This document shows positions 53,776 to 64,000 of a stretch of DNA of 64,000 nt, piece by piece (within the stretch, counting starts at the first letter, position 1; the number at the start of each line of letters is the position of its first letter). This DNA is from Cycas panzhihuaensis (lineage: Eukaryota; Plantae; Cycadophyta), in the NCBI GenBank assembly GCA_023213395.1, contig CM041465.1:137337741-137401740 (forward strand), in the 5' to 3' direction. Made by a program: the position numbers and the translations under genes. Under the pieces are notes generated by a model that saw only the letters and a list, made by a program, of their open reading frames with translations, did not search any database and was not told the origin of the DNA.

Positions 53776-56700
53776 GTGGGGCACGGAGCCCACTAAGTGC
53801 TCAAGCAAGGCTTCATCATCTTCGAAGTAATCCACCCCATGGATGACCTTACTTCGAATAGATGAAGTGCTGGAGGAAGTAGGAGCAACGGGACCATGGT
53901 GGTCATCAGGTTGTCCAATATCCTCGACAGACTCTAAGGGAGAGTCAAGAAGGGGCTCCTCAGAAGGAGCGAAAGGTAGTTCTTCAAAACCATCACCTGC
54001 GGGGGGTGGTGAAGATGAAGAACCAAGGACCTGTGGGTCAAAACGTGTAATGATATGTGTCACAAAAGGATGACTAGTCTCACTAATGAAAGAGGTTCTG
54101 GGTGGGGATCTAGAACGAGATAGGTGCATCCTACTAGTGTAGAGGAAAGAAACGGGGTGAAGAAAGCCCTCATCCTCGTCATGAGACTCATTGTCGCTAA
54201 ATGAGGTGAGGTACTCATAGCTCCCAACACCAATAGAGGCAAAGTGCATAAGACTATGAGAAGAGGATGCGAGATCTTCTTCGATGTGAGATAGATTAGG
54301 TATGCCGATGGAGCAAGTCGAGGTGTGAGCAGAAGGGCCTTGGCTTGCCTGATTGACAGGGTGAGTTTGTTTAACAGGTGGATGCTCACAGGAGACAACT
54401 CTCATCCGTCCATCATGGATGAACTTAAGGTGGCCCCAACGAGTCGAACACACGACTCCCATCTAGTCAAGCCATGGTCGACCCAAGAGGAGATTGTAGT
54501 CGACGTCAACGTCAACGACTACAATGTCTACGAGGATAGTCTTGCCCTCGAGAGTGAGTGGGATCGAAACAGATCCCAATGGGGTCTTTTTGCTACCGTC
54601 ATAGCCTTGTCATCGCCATGGAATAGGTTCCAAGGCAGAAATACCAAGCTCTTGCATAACACGCAAGAGCATAGCATTCACGGAAGAATCGTTGTCGACA
54701 ACAGTTCTTCGTAGGGTACAGTCAGGTGTGTCTATGGTGATGGTGAACGAGAAGTTCTATTGGCATTCCCTTTCACACGTAGGGGCGAGATCTTTAGGAT
54801 CAAAAGAAATGACAGGCTCATGGGCTTGGGTAACACCCAAAGCGTGAATGGGCGTGTCATTCGATCCTAAAGCTTCCAAAAGGAGAGTCCACTGCTTGGG
54901 ACAACTCCTCAAAACATCCATCAAGGACATTCCCGCAGTGATAGTATGGAGTTAGTCAACGATAAAGAAAGGCTTACCCTTTGTAGGAGGTTGGGTAAGC
55001 ACTCTTCAGAAATTGTAACGACCAGGATGTACGGGAATGGCCTTGGGAAAAAGTGACACTTCTGGAGGAGAGTTTTTCAGAAGACGATTGGAGTGTGCGG
55101 CAGAAGAAGAGGCACCAGCTGCCTCTTTAGCAGTTTGAGACCGAATAAGGGCATACAAAGGAGTAGCCTCAAGCATTTAGATCACCTTCTTTCCCTTATT
55201 CTGGGTGATGGAGTACGTCGTTGAGGGGAACCAGAGGAAGAGGACGAATACTGAGTGCCCTTCCCTTTATCGCGGGTAGGACGGGAATTCGGGGATCTTC
55301 CCCAGCTCCGGTTGTTTTTGGGCTGAGTGTTACGATCGCGTTCCCCATGTTTGGGGAACGGATCCTTGTGGATCGGTTGGTCTGGATTAGGCCTTGAGGC
55401 CTGTTTAGGGGATGAGTCATGTTGAGGGGCATCCATGAGATGTTGGGCCCTACAACATGAGTCATCATGGAAGCACTCCCCATGAATGGAACACCACTTC
55501 TTCTCAAGCAAAAAATCTGTCTTCATTGCTTGAGAGGACTGGGTGTTACCATTCCTAGGGAGGGAAGCTTGAGTAGCTTGTTGGATTTGTTTGTTAGAAG
55601 TTGGTGATAAAGGAGCTTATAGTTTGAGTTCTTTCATCATACGTTCAAATGAATGTATAGCGGATGTAAGTGGGTCTAAAGTCTTCTCAGTTGGATGAGA
55701 AGAAGACCTAAAAGATTGTTGAGGTTTAATATCTTTAGTTGGAGGTGGTGCCTCACGTCGTTGTGAAGGCTTGAGAGGCTTCTTGAGTCCAACCTAGATC
55801 TTAATAGCCTCAAGTTCTAAGCACTTTGCAATAGCGGAGTCACATGTAGTCACCCCTATTTTAAGGACTTCTACGTGGACTTCAGGACGAAGTGCATTAA
55901 CGAAGAGATCCCTCTTCAACTCCTCGGGCAACGTAGCCTTAGTAGAATGAAGAAGGTCATGGAACCACCGTACAAAGTCACGATTCATATCATCTTGACC
56001 TTGTTTGAGTGATAAAAGAGATCTCATTCCACTTTCAAATGGGCGAACAACATCAAAATAATTGATGAACTCATCCATAAGTTACTAGAACAAAAAAATG
56101 GAATGAGCTAGAAGACGATAAAACCACTTAAGGGCATCGCCTTGTAAAGATCGACGAAATAGTTTAATTAAGATGTGGTCATAGGCCCAGTAATCAATAC
56201 ACGCCATAGAGAAACTACGAACGTACTACGTTGGGTCTTGTGAGGAAGTTTCATCAAATTTAGGAACTTCGGGAGGATGAGGCGATGGATTGGTTCTTAA
56301 TGCCTCAACAAATAGTGGCGTTGATCTATAGTCCATGAAGGGACGTGCCCTTGCCTGGACTATAGGATCGACGAATGATGCAGTAGGTAGTGAATAAGGA
56401 ACGGATAGGGGTGATAAACCTATCCCTCCTTGAGGAAATGCCCCTTGTTGGAAGGGGGCTTAAGGATAAGCACCTTGAAAGGGAGTTGGGTTCCCTTGCG
56501 AAGGCACAGCAAAAGAGGCTATGCTAGATGGTGGAAAAGGAGGGTGTGGAACCGGGTTTTGTCTGTATGGGACACCCGTGGGTGGCGCAACCCCATATGG
56601 ATGTAGCAGGTCCACCCCGTAAGCTGGAATATGATTCCCTTTACCCTACCCCCATGGTTAAGAAGTATAACCTGGGGGTATGTAAAGAGAAGGACCATGG

Positions 56701-57410
56701 GATTGGTTTTGGAGATACGTGGGAGTGGGTCCCACACGACTAGTGGTAGAAGCGTTAGCAGGCCCCCTAAACCTACTAGAAAACACATGTGCCACATTAG
56801 GAGGTGGCACATTGGCTTGACTCAGAAAAGGTATGCTAACCCCAAGCTGGGAGAAAGACATACCTTGAGAGGGTCCCAAAGAGCTAGGACCATGACGAGG
56901 AACGGAAGGCGCAACATGTGTCCCCAAAACAGTTTTATGGATGGAGTGGGACGAATGTGTAGGCACGAAAGGATTAGTCGTTACAGGAGGTGTAGATGCG
57001 GATGAAGAAAGTGGGAGAGGAGCGGACGAGGAAAACGCTCCACCACGAAAAGCATCTTCAAACCATCTAGGACAAGGTTGAAGACGAGCAGCTTGAAAGC
57101 ACTTGTTAAGAGCTTCAACCACGTCAGCAGAAGGGGTATCAACATGATCATAAGAAGTAGATGGGACTTCAAATGAAGTAGACCCCTCAGGGAACTCCTC
57201 ATAAGAATCACCAACTGGATGGTAAATCTCAAAAGGAGATGGTCCTTCTACCGTATGAGTAGAAGGATGGGTGTCAAGTGGGTGACATTGGTCACCCGGG
57301 TAGTAAATAGGATCGTCACCCTCTTGGGTGGATCCTGGAATAGATGCGGGAAACTCATGAGTTCCCAAGACCAAGGTGTGATAGGCCCAATCGGAGGGGT
57401 ATCCTTCCAT
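53776..57410 (-). pseudogene. gag-protease of B (disrupted)
   Basis: P/S-rich N-terminus, LLSLKQGQDDMNRDFVRWF, KKWCSIHGECFHDDSCC, RRTVVDNDSSVN and NLLLGRPWL. Confidence 0.88.
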
Positions 57411-57651
57411 GGTCGAATCAGAATCCGGTGATGAAAGAGGACGATACCTAGGATCTTCTAACAATGGAGGTAAACCACATAGGCAACGAGAGAAGCATCG
57501 CATACAAAGCTTGCCAACACTTTAGAAGAAGGAAAGAGCCATACGGAGTGCACGTTGGGGGCTGCCCAATGGAGGAGATAAAGAGAAAGGAACTACTAGA
57601 AGGTAGTAATATCAATAGGAAGGGATGAGAACTAGCTCCCTTACTGGCAAG

Positions 57652-57669
57652 TCCCCAGTATGGTCGCCA
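57652..57669 (-). promoter_or_regulatory. Primer binding site, tRNA-Arg type typical of Tat/Ogre
   Basis: Minus strand ...TCCA-A-TGGCGACCATACTGGGGA immediately after the LTR-terminal CA at 57671. Confidence 0.85.
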
Positions 57670-57684
57670 TTGGATGCGCATCTA

Positions 57685-60600
57685 CGGGATAATCACCTAG
57701 CTGAGTAGAAATAGCGAGGATGATCGATAACGGTATCGAGGGTGCAGATAGAAACCTACAAGCGAAGCGAGTACCATGCAGGGCGCCCCATGTGCTAGAG
57801 CGCGAGTTCGGGACCTGCGGATGATACCCAACTACCTGAGAGTGGTTCCCCACCTTAAAGAGAAAGGGGGAAAGTGAGAGAAGTAGCCTGGATAGACTTA
57901 GGAAGAAAGTCCTCCCACCCTTGGATGGTCGGAAGGGGAGGAAGAGAATCCCTAAGGGTTTCCCTATGATAGAGGGAAACAAGAGGGAGTAAGGTAGGCG
58001 ATAGCCTATGGTGCGGCTAGGATCTTCTCGGTTATTTGATCGAGCAAATAGAGCCGAGAAGAGGAGAAGGGAGCGGGAGTGGACAACAATCCCAAAATCT
58101 CCCTTAATGATTCGACCAGGAAGGCGAGAGTGATGTGGCATATGCAAGCAAACAAAACCAAATAAAGAAAACAAGCCAAAAGGGGCAAGGATTGGTTTTG
58201 CAAGCTGAAGAAAAGACGAAGGAAAAATCTCCTAAAGTCTTTTCTCAGAGTGAATGTGGTGCGTAATGTGTAAATATATAAATGCGAGTAAAAGATATTA
58301 ATTTCCTTTTCCCTTTTATGTTTGACCTATTTAACTAATGCATAGACCACAACTAAAAGTAAGAAAAGGAAAGTGAGGACAAGAGGAAGAAGTACGACCT
58401 GTGGAGAGTAGCGGACAGAGACCTCGCTCATGCGCCACATACATCCTCTCCAAGCCCATAGATAATGGAGGGGCTTCCTTACCTTCCCCTTGCGAAAGGA
58501 AAAAAAGAAAGGAAACAAAAATGAAAGCAAAGAGCAAACACACAAGAGACCTTACCCAGATCTAAGTGCTTGACACCTTTGTGAGAGCACCGCGGCAACC
58601 TGCACATGCACAAACCTATCCCTTCCAAGAAGGGGCTGCAAGAGACAATCTATATAAGCTTTATGTGAGTACGATATACACTGGCAATTGTAATTTGGCT
58701 ATTATAGAAAGTAGTAATAATGTAGGTAGGACCCAAGTATCACTTGTTGGTAAAACTATCTTGTGGCATCAAAGATTAGGCCATATTAGAGAGAAAAGCC
58801 CCTATAATTTATTCTTCAAAGGTATGGTTGAAGACATCCCTGAAATTTATGGCTTATTATATAACCACTAGTGGTTGGCAGAACTCTTGAGAATGTACTC
58901 TTTGTTAGTAGCAAGTAGATATTAATGCTCATAATTAAAATGTATATGTAGGTCACTTGGGGCTACTAATGGAAATAAAGGCCTAATGCCTCTTCGATGA
59001 GATCCATTTTCTAAATGGCTAATTTGCCTATTTAAGGCCCTATGGATATGAAAGAAGATTAGTTTGTGAATGTGAAATTACTATTGCCCTTTAGTATGAT
59101 CTTTTAATATTTATTTTAGTGTTTATTTATACTCTTTTTCTATGTTCTATTTTCTATTTATATATAAAGACAGACTAAGAGAACTATATTAAGTAGTATC
59201 ATAGCTCAGTTATATAATAAATGGGAACTATAGAATAGGTAAAAATCAAGGAAATTTTTTCCCTCCAATATGATTAAGTACTTTCTTTACACAAGTAGAG
59301 ATTGAGAAAAGATCACCTCAGAGTACTCTCTCTATAGGGATATTGAGGAATAAAATCTGCGGCATTCAAGACTCATAAAGAAAAGGAAATTTTATTTCCC
59401 CTTAGTAATGCTCAACACCTTTTCTTTGAATTTGATTTAGTTCAGTTCAATTTTATTTCAATTACAATACCTGTATTATTAGTCCAAGGGTAGATAACTC
59501 CACTTAGCAGCTATCCTTTTCCCTTTTGATCCTCATTCCTAGGTAGATAACTTTGTGTAGCAACTACTTAAAGTAGTTAGATAGAGACCCTATACTAGCG
59601 GTCTATAAAAATCATAATGATCTTTCATTCTGGCTAAGCATAATGTGAGTTTTCTGCCCTTTACATGAAGGACTAGAGATAACGCTCCTGAATTAAGCCT
59701 TATAAACAAAACTTAGCTATAGAATTGAGCCTCCATGTACCTTTGGGCATAGAGGAGGATCCCTTTAGGTCTTGAATCCTTCTTAATGTAGACAACTTAT
59801 TGGTCACTAAAGTCTTGTAGTGTATTAGTTGGCGATTAGTGCCATGAAGCTACCTGCTCTTACATTCTACATAAAAAAAATATTAATATGCTTATAAGAC
59901 CAAGTACACCTTTTCTAGTGGTTGGTAGGATACCTTGTTACTACTCACATCATGCTTACAATATTCTACTTCTTACTTAAGATCTAAATACAGAGGATAA
60001 TAGACCTTTAATTGATAACTTCACATGCTAAACATAACCATGTAAGTAACAATCTATCAATAACAATTCTAGCTCACAAAGAAAAAATAACTACCAATAG
60101 TTAGATTTATTAAAAGAAAGTAATTTCCTACTCTACTGAGAATTCTAATTTTTAAAATACTTCCTAGATTTGAAAACAACTAACACAAATAGATTTAGTT
60201 TTTTATTACAAAAAATGTCTATAATATGAAAATACCTAGGGTATTATGTCATGCTGATCATTTTTCATTAGGGTAGTTTTAACTTAAAATTTTAGGGTAT
60301 AATGATATATAGGCATCTATGGGACCCATTGCCCAAAAATTTCACTTAAGACCCACCTATCCTACTTTAACGAGCTTCTCATGCTTGTTTTGGTATACTA
60401 GGTAAATCTATTATACTTTTAGGGTCAATAGGCTATAAACACCTTACAACTATACCCCCCACTTATCATTCCCTCACTTAACTCCTAACCTCTTTAGTAG
60501 TCCACCCCATGGATGACCACGCTTCGAGAAGACGAGGGGAGAGGAGTAGAAGGAGCAGTGGGACTGTAGCGGTGGACCCACCATTAGATATACCCAAGGG

Positions 60601-63600
60601 ATTTTTCAGAAGAGTCAGAAGGGGTCCTCTTGTGAGAAACAATAAGAAGCTCCCTCACTTCATCGCCTGCAGAGGGCAACAAAGTGGAAGATAGAGTGAT
60701 ATGGGGGATTGCATGATTGGTAGGAGTGATGATATGTGATCCAAGAGGAAAGTTGGTCTCCTTAATAGGAGAAAGTTCAAGTCTGGACCTAGAATGAATA
60801 GAGTGCCTCCTACTTGCATTTAGGAGGGATATGGGATGAGGAAGGTCCTCATCCTCGCCATTGGATTCGTCGTCACTAAGCACGGCGAGATACCCATAGC
60901 TCCCTACGCCAATAGAGACGAAATAGATGAGATTTAAGGAAGAAGAGGAGGGACCTTCTCCCAAGCTAGATGAGCCAGGAATATCAATAGAGCAAGCAGA
61001 ACTGTGGGCAAATAGATCCTTGTCACAAGCTGCTTGACAAGGTTGGCGGGTTTGTTTGGTGGGAGGAGGCTCTTGAGAGATAACCTTCATTTACCCTTCA
61101 TGGACGAATTTAAGTCGTCCCCAATGAGAGAAGCACACAACTCCCATTTGGTTGATCCATGGATGTCCCAACAAAAGGTTGTAGTTGATGTCGACGTCGA
61201 GAACTACAATGTCAGTCAGGATTGTTTTGTCCTCGAGGGTGAGTGGAATGGACACTGATCCTAAAGGTGTCATTTTGCTACCATTGTAACCTTGACACTG
61301 CCATGGAACTAGCTCTAGAGCTAATATGCCAAGCTCTTGCATGACGTGTAAGGGCATAACATTGATGGAAGAACCATTGTCCACAATAGTTCTTCGAAGA
61401 GTGCAGTCAGGAGTATCAATAGTTATGGTGAAGGGATAGTGCCATTGGCATTCCCTTTCATCGGTTGGAGGAAGATCCTTGGGGTCGAAGGAGATGGCAG
61501 TTTCGTGGCTTAGAGTAGTGCCTAAAGCGTGAATGGACGTGTCACCCAATCCCAAGGCTTCTAAGAGAACTTACACTGTTCAGGACAGCTCCTCAAGACG
61601 TCCATTATGGACATCCCCGCGGCCATAGTGTGAAGCTTGTCGACAACAAAGAAGCACTTCCCCTTCACGGTAGGATGGGGAAGGGCCCTTCAAAAGTCGT
61701 AATGACCAAGGCACACAAGAATAGTCTTGGGGAGCGCAGGGACTTCCAGAGGAGGGATTTTTAGAAGGGAATCAATGCGAGGTATGGAAGAAGAGGCGTT
61801 GTTTGCCTCTTTAGCCGCTTGAGACTGGGTTAAGGTGTATAATGGCGTGGTCTCGAGCATCGAAATGACTCTCTTTCCCTTGTCTCGGGATCGAGAGGAT
61901 GAAGGAGTGTGATAATCGGGGGAACCATAAGGAGAGGACAAATCCCTTGTACCCTTCCCTTTGGCTTGCAAAGGGCGAGGCTTTGGGGACCTCCCTCTAT
62001 TTTGGTTACCCTTTTGTTGGTTATTGCAATGACGTTCTCATGTTTAGGGAAAAGATCCTTGTGGATGGGCTGGTCTAGGTTTGGCCTAAATGCCCGTTTG
62101 GGAGAAGAATCACGTTGCGGGGCGGCTCTAGGGTGCTGGGCCCAGCATTGTGAATCTTCGTAGAAATACTCTCCATGGATGGAACACAATTTCTTTTCTA
62201 GGGAGGAATCGAGCTTTCTCATTTGAAAAGATTAGGTGTTACCCTTGAGGGGAGCAGCTTGAGAGGCCTAGTGAACTGGTTTATGAGAGGTGGGGGATGA
62301 AGGGGCTTGGAGTTTAAGCTCTTTCATGGTACATTCGAATGAGCATATAGTGGAGGTGAGAGGATCCAAGGTCTTCTCTATTGGATGGGAAGAAGACCTA
62401 GCAGGCTATTGGACTTTAGTCTCATAGAGTGGTGGAGGTGCCTCACACCGTTGTGAGGGCTTGAGAGGCTTCTTGAGACCCGCTTGGATCTCAATAGCCT
62501 CGAGCACCAAGTGCTTGGCTACGGTGGAGTCACACATTATTGCCCCCATTTTAAGGATTTCAATGTACACTTCTAGGCAAAGGGTGTTGATAAAGAGGTC
62601 TTGCTTCAGCTCCTTAGGTAAGGTTGCCTTGGTGGAGTGAAGCAGGTCATGGAAGCATCTCACAAAGTCACGATTCATCTCATCATGACCTTGTTTAAGA
62701 GATAGAAGGGCTTTCATTTGGCTTTGGAAAGGACGAGCTATATCAAAATAATTGACGAATTCATCCACGAGTTGTTGGAATGAAAAGATAGAATGTGCTG
62801 GCAGGTGATAGAACCACTTAAGGGCATTGCCTTGAAGAGATTGTGGGAAGAGTTTCATAAGGATATGGTCATAAGCCCAATAATCGATACATGCCATAGA
62901 AACGCTCTGGACCCGCTCCGTTGGGTCTTGCGATGAGGTTCCATCAAATTTGGGAACCTTGAGAGGGTGAGGTGGTAAGTTGGTCCTTAGCACCTCAATA
63001 AATAGGGGTGTCGATCTATAGTCCATAAAGGGGCGTGCCCTTGACTGGACCATAGGATCGATGAGAGATGGAAGACGAGGTAGACAAGGTTGCCCAAATC
63101 CTCCTTGGGGAATTTGATTCGAAAGGGGATATTGGTCTCCTCCGGTTTGATGAGAAGACACTAGTCCCACATTCGAAGGAATATACATAGGAGCAGATGG
63201 GGGTGAAGGACCCATCCCTCCTTGAGGAAATACCCCTTGTTGGAAAGGAGCCTGAGAGAAGGCACCTTGGGAGAGAACTTTCCCTCCTTGCAAAGGTGCA
63301 ACATGAGGTGTGACATGGGAGGATGGAAAAGAGGGGTGTAGAATTGGGGTTTTGCCTATATGGGCCGCCCGTGGGTGGTGTGACCCTATATGGGTGCAAA
63401 GGGTCCATCCCATAAGCTGAAAGGGAGCTTTCCTTGCTGTGCTCCTACGGTTGAGAGATGTAACCTAAGGGCACGTAAAGGGAGGGATCCCTAGGTTGAA
63501 CTTGGGAGTGTGTGGGGACGGCCCCCACATGGCTAGAAGTAGGGGTGCATGCAGGTCCCTTAGATCCAATAGGTGGCGGATATACTATAGTCGGTAGAGG

Positions 63601-64000
63601 TGTAGTCATTTGACTAGAAGGGGGCATGCTCAACCCAAGTTAGGAAGAGGATATGCCTTGGGTGGTCCTCAAGGGCCATGCACTATGAGGAGAGGAAGAT
63701 GAGGCAAAAGATAAACCCATCGTAGGTAGAGGAGTTAAACGGGATGGACGAGGTAAGGTAGATGTAGAGGAAGGAGGCGCAACGCTTCGCAAGATGCTCT
63801 CAAACCACTTGGGATGTGGTTGGAGGCGAGGACCAACCACATAGTGTATATAATCACATCCATTCAATGGGATGGATGTGAGAACCAAGTTAGTGAATTC
63901 CAACGGTTCCTAATGCATCTTGTTGACCCGGAATCGAATGGACCTTATATGATGTAATTTTAACTATTGTCTAATGAAATAAAAAGGGTTATGTGAACAA
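57685..64000 (+). repeat. Copy 2 of the large duplication (runs off the window end)
   Basis: Collinear with 7557-13915. Confidence 0.97.
62406..63413 (-). CDS. Retrotransposon gag ORF fragment (element C copy 2; 335 aa uninterrupted)
   Basis: VPKFDGTSSQDPTE..LFPQSLQGNALKWFYHLP..LLSLKQGHDE. Protease continues at 61091-61555. Confidence 0.85.
   Translation of the reverse strand: MGWTLCTHIGSHHPRAAHIGKTPILHPSFPSSHVTPHVAPLQGGKVLSQGAFSQAPFQQGVFPQGGMGPSPPSAPMYIPSNVGLVSSHQTGGDQYPLSNQIPQGGFGQPCLPRLPSLIDPMVQSRARPFMDYRSTPLFIEVLRTNLPPHPLKVPKFDGTSSQDPTERVQSVSMACIDYWAYDHILMKLFPQSLQGNALKWFYHLPAHSIFSFQQLVDEFVNYFDIARPFQSQMKALLSLKQGHDEMNRDFVRCFHDLLHSTKATLPKELKQDLFINTLCLEVYIEILKMGAIMCDSTVAKHLVLEAIEIQAGLKKPLKPSQRCEAPPPLYETKVQ

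Larger units (their letters stand above)
50190..58620 (-). mobile_element. Tat-like element B: partial 5' LTR, Arg-type PBS, gag-PR, deletion of RT-RH-IN core, IN tail, hairpin, antisense PMD gene; 3' end missing
   Basis: Gag and protease motifs as in C, IN tail as in A. The 3' region is collinear with A 440-4140 in inverted orientation. Confidence 0.88.

Noticed and set aside
7557-64000. The two large repeats as LTRs of one giant element
   Set aside because: They are mosaics of unrelated TE fragments, with no TG..CA termini, PBS or PPT at the repeat boundaries.

Overview
Repeat-dense land-plant nuclear DNA (possibly fern/lycophyte-like, inferred only from TE style) made almost entirely of nested LTR retrotransposons. 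At 1-7556 (+) is the 3' half of a CpG-rich Ty3/gypsy Tat-like element (A). After integrase it carries a modular 3' region: five ~80-bp hairpin repeats, an antisense plant-mobile-domain (PMD) gene with its own TATA box and introns, and a separate sense RNase H ORF, followed by a probable 3' LTR. A related but diverged Tat element (B, ~50190-58620, minus) has the same hairpin and PMD module but has lost RT-RH-IN core through an in-frame deletion. Positions 7557-13915 recur at 57685-64000, pointing to a ~50-kb tandem or segmental duplication, and A inserted into one copy afterwards. The intervening DNA holds decayed chromovirus-type gypsy, copia and LINE relics, a TRIM, and a frameshifted LRR-receptor N-terminal exon. 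No intact host gene was found. All calls come from reading motifs by eye, and coordinates of degenerate elements are approximate.
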